Below are positions 52,103-64,000 of a DNA stretch of 64,000 nucleotides, piece after piece. Position numbers and translations under genes: made by a program. Origin of the DNA: Eledone cirrhosa (lineage: Eukaryota); contig OZ024742.1 in assembly GCA_964016885.1 (NCBI GenBank), positions 262,508,001 through 262,572,000 on the forward strand. The letters are read 5' to 3'. The notes beneath the pieces were generated by a model. That model saw only the letters and a program-made list of their open reading frames with translations, was not told the origin of the DNA and did no database searches. Within the stretch, counting starts at the first letter, position 1. Every line of letters begins with the position of its first letter.

Positions 52103-55100
52103 GGCTTTTTCGGAGAGGTTTGGATCTCGCCATACGGGCCATCTTCCTGGACCCAGAAGGTAAGTTGGTGGTGCTGGACGTGACCAGCGGAGACGGGCAA
52201 GCTTTCAGGCTAGTGGCCGTCTATGCCCCGACAGGAGCAGGGCGGCCTGATTTCTTCCGGCATCTGGAGACCTTTCTTGGAACATCCCGCTCTTAGAGTG
52301 TTAGTGGGCGACTGGAACGGGATCTTAGATGCACGCTGGGACTGTGTGGGATTAGCGGATATGGGAGGAGGGTGCAAGAGCCTCACCAACCTGCTCAGGC
52401 GTTTTGAACTGTCTGACAGGTACCGATTGGATTTCCCGAATGTGCTAATGTGAACTTGGACAAACCGCATCGGGTCATCCAGATCATATCTAGATCGAAT
52501 ATTTTGTAGGGAAATAGATAGGTCTAGCATAGGCTGTCCACAATTCAAGATAGTCAGCTACATGGACCACAAATTCGTGATCTGTGTGCTTGACTGAGAT
52601 AGTCTTCATAGACGACGACCCGGTTACTGGAAGCTAAACGCGTCCTTACCAGCACGCAAGGCCTACAGAGACGTGATTAGCGAACTAGATAAGCGAGCGT
52701 TGACGGGAGCCATCGTCAACAACAAGTGGTGTTTGATCTGAAAAGAGCGATTAGAATAGAGTCCATTAGGTTTAGTAAGGTTTTAGCTATAGAGAAAAAT
52801 AGAGCAGAGGGAGAACTAGTTAGAAAATTAGACGAGGCGCTTAGAAAAGGCATCGCAACCGACGTACTTGCGGCGAAATTCTTCAATGCAAAGCACGAAG
52901 GCTGCGTTGTCAGAGCTAGGATGCGTGCTCTCAGACACGATGGGACGAAAGCCGTTCAATGGGCCCAAGTGGCGGAGGCGCGTCGTGGCAACAAAGCCAC
53001 GATCCGGTCTTTCGTGGACCGCGACGGGCGCATGCTACTCGATCCTGGACAAATGTGTGAAGCTTTTCAGCGACACTTCGCTCAGCTGTTCCGGGGCAGC
53101 GGCGGGCCGCATCGAGGGATGGACTTTAGTGTCTACCTCGACGGACTGCCGCGGCTCTCGGCCACTGAGGCGGAGTGTTGCGAAAAGCCGATAACAGCCG
53201 CTGAAGTACGGGAGGCAATGACTGGCTGCACAAGGGGTAAATCGCCTGGTTTGGATGGTCTGCCCTATGAACTTTACGTAAAGATGCCAGACTTGTTCGG
53301 AGGCCTCTTGGCGGACGTCTACTGCAACTGGCAACAGAACGGGAGAATTCCCAGCTCTGTGAGCCGAGGAGCTGTGGCGCTGCTGAGAAAGGATCCGAAC
53401 AAGAGGGATAACATAGATAATTTCAGGTCCATAACTCTGCTAAACACAGAGTTCAAGATTTTAGCCAAGGTGCTAGCAAAGAGGTTGGCGCTTGTCGTTG
53501 GTGGTCTGGTGGGAGAGGCGCAGACATGCGTCATTCCCGACAGATCCATCCACGACAACCTCCACCTCATGCGATACATCGTGGAGAGGGTAGCTAAGGA
53601 ACCTGGCACTGGTGGGTCCTTGATCAATTTAGATCAGTCGAAAGCTTTCGATAGGGTCGACCATCGTTACCTAGCGGCAGTCCTGAGGGCGGCTGGCTTT
53701 GGGCCCGTCTTCAGAGGCTGGATCGTTGCCATGCACAGCGACATCTGCTCTGTGGTGAGAGTGAACGGTCACCTTTCCGAACCGTTCAACATCATGCGCT
53801 CGGTCCGCCAAGGATGTCCCCTCTCATCCCTCTTGTACGTATTGACTCTCGAGCCATTACTGCACAAACTGGAGACGTTGAGGGGGTCCCGCGCGAACTA
53901 GGATGCGGAAGATCCGTGTCAGCATATGCGGACCATGTCATCGTAGTGGTGTCGAACGCCAAACACATCGAGGCGATCGGCACTACACTAAGAGAATACG
54001 GAGCGGTGACAGGAGCAATGATCAACCAGGAAAAGTCAGTGGGCCTGCAGCTCGGCTCCTGGAGAGGCAGGTCCATCCATCCAACAACGTCGTCGGGCGC
54101 TGGATGGGCGGAGCGGTTAAATTGCTAGGGATCTGGTTCGGTCCGGACCTCCAGACGGACAAAAACTGGGACGAGGTGACGAGCAGGGTGGCTTCTCTCA
54201 CCCAGAAATGGGCCGAGAGGAAGCTATCCCTGAAAGGTTGAACGGAGGTGGCTAACGCGTACATCGCGTCCGTCATCTACTACCTCATGACCGTCATACC
54301 TTGTCCTAAGTCCAGCCTGACTGCGCTGGAGCGTTTGCTCTTTCGTTTTTTTGTGGAAGGGACGCGCTCCAATGGTCAGGCGGTCCATCTGCTGTCAACA
54401 CCCGCTACGTGGAGGGATGGTCATGCCGTGGCTAATGATGCGCAGACACGAGCTCAGGCTACGACATCTCCACCTCTTCCACGACGGTGATCAGGTGTGG
54501 TCGCCGTTTGCTAGACCCATCTTCCCCAGCTCGTCTCCTTGACGAAGCTGCTGTCCTGGGTCAAGCGTAGACCGAGAGGGAGCGCTTGGAGACTGGAATG
54601 TCTTCAGGCGCTCACAGCCTTCGACCAATCGGGCAATTTAATCGGAGGAAACTCCACCTTGCCGTTCTATAGAGGATTGGTGGAGGGGAAGAGCGACGAC
54701 GTACTTGGGGAAACTCTAGGCGTCGACGAAAATCAACTAGCCAATCTCTTCGGAAGAACTTTCGGGCCGGGTCCTATGGACAACTTCCAGAAATCCCTGG
54801 CCTTGCAGTGCTACCGAGGAGCTTTGCCAGTTCGGGATAAACTCTACAGGCATGGAGGTGCCGTCAGCCGGGCATGTCCGAGATGCGCGCAGAGCGACGA
54901 AACCGTCCTGCACGCACTCGTCCAGTGTCCGAAAATTGCTGACTTGTGGGTTTATGTCGAACACCTGCTGTCGCGTGTAGGACGGATCCGGCTATCATCT
55001 GAGTCCATCGTGAGGATTGCCCCGCCCTCTTCCTTTAGCCGGGAAGGGCAGGAAGTTTTTATCTGTCTGGTGGCCATGGCGTAAGAGATAGTATGGTGGA

Positions 55101-55540
55101 CACGTTTGAAAGGGCTGAAGACGAGCACTTACCTCTTCGGTGATGCCCTGATTAACTTTTTCAAATTTCATTTGAAAAGGAAAATCAGAGTAGAGAGGGA
55201 AGTGCTCTCTTCCCAACATTTTGTTGAAAGATGGGTGAGAGAAGCAAGAATGGTCCGAGTGAACGGGCCTACTCTGAGTATATATCTGTAAATTAAAGGT
55301 GGAAAACTGGGAGAGGGCACTTGCCTTGGTGGTCAGGATCACTGTGGCCTTTTACTGGGCTTTCTCCACAAATGTCCCTCCGAAGTCTCCCCCCTATTGG
55401 GGAACTTTTCATTGTTATTTTTTGTTACATCCTCTGTTTTTGTTTTTTACACGCAAAAATGCCCATTTGTACCGTCCTGTATTGTCCTGTACTGTCCTTA
55501 ATATCTACTTTATGTAAACCCTTGTGGTTAATAAAGAAAA

Positions 55541-55541
<1 letters not shown>
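52103..55541 (+). mobile_element. Tx1-clade copy F (different subfamily), 5'-truncated and decayed, within (TTA)n
   Basis: APE-RT-zf pieces (ORFs 52726-53901, 54539-55084); ends AATAAAGAAAAC+(ATT)n; preceded by (TAT)n. Confidence 0.92.
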
Positions 55542-55601
<60 letters not shown>

Positions 55602-55608
55602 GTTATTA

Positions 55609-57597
55609 CTCTTTGAGTCTCAGTCATTGATGTTAGTTAACTGGAAAGTTTGTTGAAATGAATATCAAGCCACTACCTGCAGCCTCAGATATTCAGTACG
55701 TATCGGAGGGTTCTTGCTGTTCCCAGCAAGCATGCCTTTTGAAGCGTTCCAAAAAGCGTGAAGGGCCCAATTTTCTTTAACCATCCCTGGAAAGTTTTTG
55801 AGATAGTCCCTAGTGCGCCTATGACAATCGGGATCACTTTGACTTCATGGCAGTTCCAAATCCTTTTTACCTCCCACTTTAAGTCCTGGTATCGGTTAAT
55901 TTTCTCCTTCTCCTTCTCTTGCACTCTCGTGTCGAATGGGCAGGCCACATCCACAATCAGGCACGATCTTTTTTCTTTGTCCAAAACCACCAGGTCAGGT
56001 CTATTGTGTTCCAGTTTCTTGTCCGTCTGTATCCTAAAATCCCACAGCACCTTCACCTGATCGTTTTCTATCACCGACTCTGGCTTATGCTCATACCACT
56101 TCTCAGAATGTGGTAAATTGTTTACTTTGCATAGGTGCCAGTGGATCACCCTGCCCATCACATCATGTCTCCAGCTCTTATAGTGAGTCTGGGCTAGGTG
56201 TTTACACTCGGATACAATGTGAGCCACAGTCTCCTCTCTCTCTCCACAGATCCTGCACAGTGGGCTAGCCTCCTCCTTGTAAATGTGGTGTTTCAACCAC
56301 TTCGTTTTGAGGGCCTGCTCCTGCGCAACCATTAACATTCCTTCTGTAGCCTTTTTAAGGTCTCCTCTTTTCAACCAGTTCCATGTCTGTGGATCTCTAA
56401 ATTCAGTTTTCTCAAAGAAGGTACTATGAAGGGATTTTTCCTGAAGGCTGCTATTTCTCCTTGATGTTATTTCCTCCTTGGACATCCCCTGGCCTATTGT
56501 CCCCTCCTTCAGTACAGTTCTGAGCATTGGCTCCTTACTATCAGTCACGTATTTTTGTAGGTTGTTTTTCTCCATCTGAACACAGTCCTCTATGCTGATA
56601 AGACCTCTTCCACCTTCAGATCTCCTTAAGTAGAGTCTATCGACATCACTCCTCTTGTGGAACATATTGTAGATAGTAAATAGCTTCCTAGTCTTCCTAT
56701 CCATTTCTTTTTGTTCAGCAACATTCCATCTCAGAATTCCCGCACTGTACCTAATAATAAAAACAGCTCGGGAATTTACTGCACTTATGGCATTCCTACT
56801 GTTCAGATGTGACTTTAATACGCTCCTTACTCTCCGAAGGTATTCACTTCTTATCAATTCCTTCATTTTTTTGTTCTTGATGTCATCAGCCTCCAGAACG
56901 CCCAAATACTTGTATCCTTCCTCAGAGTAAATTTCCCTTATCATCTCACCTGTTGGTATCTGGATTCCGTTACTTCTGCTCAACTTACCCCTCCTCATCA
57001 CAATGACTCCACACTTACTAATACCAAATTGCATACATATATCATTGCTGAAAATACGGACAGTGTCAACAAGCACATCCAACTCCTTCTCACTCTTCCC
57101 GAAGAGCTTAAGATCGTCCATGAAGAGGAGGTGATTGATGGTAAGCCCTCCCTTTCCCAACCTGTATCCTGCTCTCACCTTTCGCAGTACACTGGTCAGG
57201 GGCATCAGGGCAAGGACAAACAACAGAGGGGACAGACTATCTCCCTGGAAGATACCTCTCTTGATCTTCACGCTTCCCAAGGATTCTCCAGTTGATGTTA
57301 ACTCTGTTTCCCAGGACTTCATACTTTTGCCCAACAACTGTCTGATGTTATCTGCCACCTTGAAGATCTCCAGGCTTTTGGTGATCCAAGAATGAGGCAC
57401 CATGTCAAATGCCTTTTTGTAGTCTATCCATCCCATGGCAAGACCAGTGTGTCTCCTCTTGCAATTCCTCATTACCATCTTATCAATAAGTAACTGGTCC
57501 TTTGTACCACGTGACTTCTTTCGGCATCCTTTCTGTTCGTCCGGTAACAAGTTGTTTGTGTGGAGGTGATGGTAGATTTCCTTAGACATAATGCTTG

Positions 57598-57600
<3 letters not shown>
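55609..57600 (-). mobile_element. R4/Dong-clade LINE, 5'-truncated, uninterrupted 638-aa RT-CCHC-RLE frame (55685-57601)
   Basis: [47 protein letters not shown]; (TAA)n on both sides. Confidence 0.93.
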
Positions 57601-57652
<52 letters not shown>

Positions 57653-57657
57653 TATTA

Positions 57658-60600
57658 CAGTTGCATTTATCTTGCTTTATGTTTATACGAGTTATCACCA
57701 AGTCACAACCAGTGACCTCAAGAGACAACAAGGTCCGCCATGTTCAAGAAAGAACATACATACTCACACATGCATCTTTAGTGTTTAGACTTGTGATGTA
57801 CTTATATTGACAGAATCTTCCTTAGTATATGGGCAGTTCCCATTAGTGCTATCTTTTGTATTTCTCCTATACGCGGGTTTCCTGGGATTTGCGATAAGTA
57901 ATCATTAGACCCCTTAGGTATCATTCCCAGAGCGCCTACAACCACTGGTATTGTTTTAGTTCTCAATTTCCACATTTTTCCAATTTCTATCTCCAGGTCC
58001 TTATACTTGCTCAATTTTTCAAATGTTTTTATAGATACATTCTTGTCTATTGGAACAGACATATCAATTAGCAGGCATACCCTCTTTTTAAAGTCCTTCA
58101 ATATTATATCAGTTTATAATAGTTTCTGTAGCAGTTCTTTCTTTGCAGTTACTTTTACCTGCTTTGCTTTTTCTGTGTTTTCCATTTCAGCAGTAAATGG
58201 GTCTTCTGAAATTTGTAGTCCATTACTGTATCTTTGTGCATCTTTTGTAATGGAATATGATCTTTTGATGCTTTCGTGTTTCAAAACGAGTTTGATCATC
58301 CAATCATGTGATTCCCTTAGATATGTAGATAATCCAATTGTTGCAGTTTTCAACGCAATGTCTAACTGGATTAACCCACGTCCTCCTTCTTTCCTAGGGA
58401 GATATATTCTATCTATATCTGCCTTAGGGTGATGCATTCTGTGCATGGTTAAGAATTTTCGAATTTTTGTATCGAGCCTACGGATCTCTGTGCTTGACCA
58501 ATTGATGACATTGTAACTGTAGGTTACTACTGGTATGGCAAGCGTGTTTATGGCATCGATCCTATTCCTTGCATTCAATTCCGTTCTTAAGATTGCTCTT
58601 ACTCTGCGGTAACATTCCTTCCTTATCCTTTCCCTCATTGTCGAGTGCTTGATTCCGTCTCCTTCACAAACACCTAGATATTTGTAAGTTTTTTCTTGAT
58701 CAAGTTCTCTTATCACGTTCCCCCGATCAAGATTAATGTCTGAACTCTTCAGCAGCTTTCCTCTGGTGAACGTTGCTTTGGCGCATTTATCTAGTCCAAA
58801 CTCCATTTTAATGTCATCACTGAACTGCTTCACAGTGGATAATAGCCCTTGCAATTGTTCATCATTTTTTGCAAATAGTTTCAGCTCATCCATGTAGAAC
58901 AGGTGATTAATGGTTTTGTCATAGACTTTATATCCATGTTTTGTTTCATTGAGCATTTTACTTAATGGTATAAGTGCGATGCAGAATAAAAGCGGTGATA
59001 AAGAGTCACCCTGAAAAATTCCACAATTAATATTAACTTCTCCAGCTTCCAGTGATTTTGTTTCACTATTCAAAAGGAGTGTCGTTTTCCATGTCTTCAT
59101 ACTGAATGACAAAAACCTCCTGACAACGGGGGATATTTTGAAAATCTCTAAACATTTTTCAATCCAACTGTGTGGCAAACTATCAAATGCTTTTTTATAA
59201 TCTATCCAAGCAATCGATAGATTTTTGTGTCTATTATGACAATCTTCCGGTATCATTTTGTTAACCAGAAGCTGATCCTTACAGCCATATGAGCCTCGTT
59301 TACACCCTTTCTGCTCAATGGGAAATAGGTAATTTGTTATCAGGTGGTCATATGTGTATTCAGTTAGGACTGATGTTAAAATTTTATACATTGTGGTCAA
59401 GCAAGTTATCGGTCTGTAATTTTGGAGATTGTTTGTCTCATCATTCTTCGGAAGCAGGAATGTAATGCCGTTAACTAGCCATGCTGGTATCTTTTCTGGC
59501 TCCTTAACTATTTCATTGTAAAGTTGGGCTAACAGCTCATGAGACTCTGTGAAGGCATTTATCCAAAAGTTTTGTATTTTGTCTTTTCCTGGGGATTTCC
59601 ATTTGCTGGTTTTTCTTAGAGCCAAGCACAACTGTTCAACTGTTATATTTTCCCATGTTTGTTCCTCAAGGTGAGCTGTATCTTTCATTTGTCTGTCTAT
59701 CCATGGGGCATGTATGTTATGAACTTTTTCTCCGGCCCAGATCTTTTCCCAGAATTCTTGCACTTCCTCCTTGGGTGGTATTGATTTAGCAGTTATTGTT
59801 GACTTACCAATTTTTCTGTAGAAGTTTCTTTGGTTGTTTTTGAACATATTATTGTCCTTATAGAATCTAGATCGTTTTTCAAAGCGCCTTATACGAGCAG
59901 CTTTGGCCGACACTTTTTGCTTGATTATTTCTATCAGCATGTCTATGTCACATGTTGATTTTATACTGTACTTTTTTTTCAATTTTCTAAGTTTAGTTTG
60001 TTTAACATGTTCACCTACTTTATAGTTTGTTAAAATTTCTATGTCAGATCGGAGAAGGTTTATTTGGCGATTGATGTTCTCTTGCCAAGTAGATTTCTTG
60101 TGGGAATTCCTTTGTTTTTTCATCTTCACTCCACATAAGTGAGTGGTGACTTTAGCCGATGCATAATAGAGATGATTTAAATCAGTAATGTTTAGTTTGT
60201 TTGTGATGATAATGTTTTTGAGAATTATGTTAGTCTTGTGTATTATCTTTTGGTTCTGTTTGGAGTTCTGGATCTTAGGGAGGGTGTCTCGTTGCCCCAT
60301 GTCAGATTCTTTCATTTTCATCCATTCGATCATAATTTCATCCTTCAAGTTGGCAAGTTCATTCTCATTCATTTCTTTATCATTTACGATCTCACTATTT
60401 TCATTTGGAGTTTCATCTTGAGCATGCACTCCCTCCACTTTTTCGACCCTTTCTTTAATTTGTTCTGTTGCCAGTGATTCCGCCCCAACCCTGGGATTCG
60501 AAGTGTTACAATTTACCTCGTTTTCACTGACACATGTTTCATTTTCCCTTCGCTGACTTTGTGCTAATAGCTTGATCTGATCAATTTCTATATCAGTTAG

Positions 60601-60697
60601 TAACTTTTTTCTTACAATATTTCTTCGTATATTGGCTAGTTTGTTACTGTCAATATAGCCTCTGTTTTCGGGATGTTTCTTTTTCCAGTTGATATAT
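57658..60697 (-). mobile_element. Second R4/Dong family copy with an internal deletion of the zinc-finger region
   Basis: Long RT ORF ending at 58114 (FYMDE) joined directly to the RLE tail 57802-58101. Confidence 0.9.
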
Positions 60698-60940
60698 GTC
60701 TGTTCTGTATTCGATGATTGCTGACTTGTGGAGCTATGTCGAACAGTTGCTGTCACGTGTAGGACGGATCCGGTTATCGACTGAGTCCATTATGCAGATA
60801 GCCCCGCCATCCCTTATCTTGCTTTATGTTCATATGAGTTATCACCTAGTCACAACCAGTGACCTCAAGATACACCAACGTCTGTTCAAGAAAACCACAC
60901 ACACACATACATGTTTCTTTAGGTGTTTAGGGAATGTTTA
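60698..60940. mobile_element. Short Tx1 ORF2 scrap (+) fused to a Dong 3'UTR scrap (-)
   Basis: ADLWSYVEQLLSRVGRIRLSTESIMQIAPP, then sequence matching 57668-57790. Confidence 0.75.
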
Positions 60941-60992
60941 TGGTTAGTATTGTATTTATATTTCATTTATTATTATTATTATTATTATTATT

Positions 60993-62340
60993 ACAGTTGC
61001 ATTTATCTTGCTTTATGTTCATACGAGTTATCACCAAGTCACAACCAGTGACCTCAAGAGACAACAAGGTCCGCCATGTTCAAGAAAGAACATACATACT
61101 CACACATGCATCTTTAGTGTTTAGACTTGTGATGTACTTATATCGACAGAATTTTCCTTAGTATATGGGCAGTTCCCATTAGTACTATCTTTTGTATTTC
61201 TTCTATACGGGGGTTTCCTGTGATTTGGGAAAAGTAATGATTAGACTCCTTAGGTGTCATTCCTAGAGCGCCTACAACCACTGGTATTGTTTTAGCTCTC
61301 AACTTCCACATTTTTCCAATCTCTATTTCCAGGTCTTTATATATGCTCAATTTTTCAGATGTTTTTATAGATACATTCTTGTCTACAGGAACGGTCATGT
61401 TAATTAGCAGGCTTAATCTCTGTTTAAAATCCTTCAGTATTATATTAGGTCTATATGCATCTATTTCTTGGGGGGGGGGGGGTATGTTTGGACGCTAAAG
61501 TTCCACAAAATTGATATGTGACCTTTTTCAAGTATGAGAGGTGGTTGATGCTCCCATCAATTATTTTGATGGGACAGGTCAAAATGCTTACATATTATCT
61601 AATGTATGTATTGTGCTGCTCTGTTGTTCGGTGGGAACTATAGGACTGCATATTGAAATTATATGATCAATGGTTTCTGGTTGTTTTTTTACATACACGG
61701 CACAATGGGTTGCATCCGTTTTTTATGATATTGGTTTGATAATTTTTTGTTGGCAGACACTGATCTTGTGCTGATATAATCAGTCCTTCAGTTTCCGATT
61801 TCAGTCCGCATCAGGATTGTTAGCTCTTTCTGTGTATTTTCCATACAGAGGCTTTTCTTGCCATTTCTTAGCCAGTTTCTTTAATAGTTCTTTCTTTGCA
61901 GTTACTTTTAACTGCTTTGCTCTTATTGTGTTTTTCATTTCAGCAGTAAAGGGAGTTTCTGAAATTTATAGTTCATTATTTTATCTATGTGCAACTTTTG
62001 TATGATATTTTGTTGCTTTCGTGTTTCGTTGCTGTCTGCCATTAATTTTATATGCTTAGCAGCATCAGTTACAGCAGTTCCCTTAGTCTGTCCAACTTGG
62101 GTATCAAGCATGAGATTGGTAGCATATTTTTTGCTCTCCTTCAAGATAGAATGAAGCTTCTTACTTCTCTCATATTTTTCAACAAGTTTCAGCATACAGT
62201 CATTTGTTATTTTAAGGTATTGGGGCAGTCCAATAGTGGTGGTCTTGTAGGTAAGTTCAAATTGGATCAAGCCATGGCCTCCTTGGGTTCTAGGAAAGCA
62301 AAGACGATCCACATCTGCTTTAGGGTGGTGCATCCTACTA
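60993..62340 (-). mobile_element. Decayed R4/Dong fragments (two pieces)
   Basis: 3'UTR nearly identical to 57658-57800; KYKDLEIEIGKMWK-like and MHHPKADVDRL segments. Confidence 0.85.
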
Positions 62341-62344
62341 CAAG

Positions 62345-64000
62345 TCAGTAACTTACGGATTGTTCTTTTTCCCCTGTTATATAACCTTTTGCATTGAAAA
62401 TTTGTTATTGTTTTGAATTTAAGAGAGCCAGTATCTTAGTGAGCTGGTTTGTTTAGCTCTACTTGAAGCCCTTAGGGACTAAATCTGTATTTGTTTTTCG
62501 AACACGCTCCTCAATTTATTGCGAAAATTAAGATGGCGGACAAAGATGTTGCTTCTGCTAAACGGAATGGTGGACTGTCCATAGATTGGAACAGCCAAAA
62601 TTCTAAAAACAATAACAGCAGCAGCAGCAACCCAAACTTATATCGTGGAAACAAAGCGGCTTTACGGCTCTGCCAATGTTTACCACGGTGAATGTCACCG
62701 CCTCCATCCTCAACGACGGTAGGCGCGGTCAACACCACTGGCAACACCACCACAACCACTGAAACAACGGAAACGAAAAACAAAATTAAAACGAACTCAC
62801 ACGACAGAGACAACACAAATGATAACATGAACAAGACCAACAACAACAAAAGCAAAAACAAGGCAAACAAAAGTGAGAACAACAACGACGACAGCACTAC
62901 TAGCAACAACAACGCGAAAAAAAGATAACACTAACAACAGCAACAACGACGTGAATAACAGCAACACATTCGCTGCTGCGGCAGCAAAAAAGAGATAATT
63001 TGTCAATATGGACTTAAACTTATAAAACAGAAGGTTTGACCTAGGCATGGAAGTTGGTAAAAAGAGAAAAGACCTGGGCCAACCTACCCGTCCCGGCAGA
63101 GGTGATGGCAGTAACTGATGCATTTCAGTGCAAAGCCGCAATGCGGAATTGGCTCCAGAGTCTGAAGTGGAGGCTGCAATGAAATGCATCAGAGGGAATA
63201 TCGAGTATATAGCAAGACCTTTCGGCCCCATCTTGGTATTATTTAAAACCGACTATTATAAAGCACTTGGTGGGTGGTCCCATATAAAACAGACCGCATG
63301 GTAATGTACCCAACCTACATTGGAAAAAGAACAGTGAAAGTCCGTATTCCCAGGATCCCACCAGGACTGGACTTATGGTGGCCCCTGAGATGCGTTATCG
63401 AGGAAGGTATCGACCGTACACTCAAAGACGTTATCAAAACAGCGTGAGAGGACTGGTCAGGGGTGGATTTGGAGATTCTTCTGCAAATCAAGTCGGAACA
63501 GCTGAAGAACATCCCGCACCATGGGTGCCTTCGGTAAGAGTCAACCATACAAGTAGTTACTGATAGCAGAATAGCACACTGCTTAGTCTGCGGTGAAGCA
63601 ACGCATCTGCAAGCCTTCTGCCCTCAGCGCAAAAGTGCAGGGTACTGCAAGCCTCCGTTGCTGCAAACACCAATGCTGAGACGTAAAACCTCCCAACCAA
63701 CGCCAGCATCGACAACATCAGCCGCGACAACACCAAAAAGGACCACCAAAACCACCCAGGGAGTCATCCGAACAAGCTCTCCCTCTCACCCTCATTCAAA
63801 CAGGCACACAGACCAACGCTCACACACCCGTAAAAATACTCACAAACCCGTAAAAACACTCCCACTCCCCTCTGACACAGAGCCCCCAGACACTAGTTCC
63901 TCCTCATCCCCAAGTGAAGATGAGGGGGGATCCCCAAAACCCCCAAAAAACAAAAAACAAAAAACAAAAACACAAAACCAACAACACACAAAACATACAC
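62345..64000 (+). mobile_element. Decayed Tx1-like 5'UTR/ORF1, runs off window end
   Basis: N/T-rich linker, PTYIGKRTVKVRIP, CLVCGEATHLQAFCP knuckle, PSEDEG motif shared with copies B and C. Confidence 0.75.

Noticed and set aside
60698-60756. N-terminus (MTATVRHSS..) of the 880-aa ORF
   Set aside because: Read-through from an antisense Tx1 scrap; the Dong element is truncated at ~60697, so this start is not real

Overview
Repeat-dense eukaryotic (animal) DNA. The SINE/LINE content and extreme microsatellite load look like an octopus-type genome (inference). No bacterial genes, rRNA or CRISPR. The window is mostly one intron/intergenic tract. (1) At least 9 copies or fragments of Tx1/L1-clade LINEs; one (41916-45353, -) keeps an intact 1145-aa APE-RT-zf ORF2. 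(2) A stack of R4/Dong-clade RT-RLE LINEs inside an (AAT)n tract that starts a few nt after the only credible host exon (51263-51593, CABIT/GAREM-like). (3) CRE and RTE fragments, SINEs, and a pogo/Tigger-like MITE carrying a 15/16-bp minisatellite. (4) About 10 type-I hammerhead ribozyme motifs, 3-4 with intact cores, in small non-coding elements lodged in (TA)n tracts; one is a ~469-bp circularly permuted retrozyme-like unit with a textbook hammerhead (35555-35599). Most striking: the Tx1 copies share splice-like signals, namely a 5'UTR GTAAGT donor, a second donor overlapping the ORF1 stop codon, and a pyrimidine-CAG acceptor 7 nt before the ORF2 ATG. In copies B and C, removing the 34/37-nt spacer would fuse ORF1 and ORF2 in frame. 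Each mobile-element family also occupies its own microsatellite type (GATA, TAA/TTA, TACA, TA). All structures were read by eye; no alignment or folding software was run.
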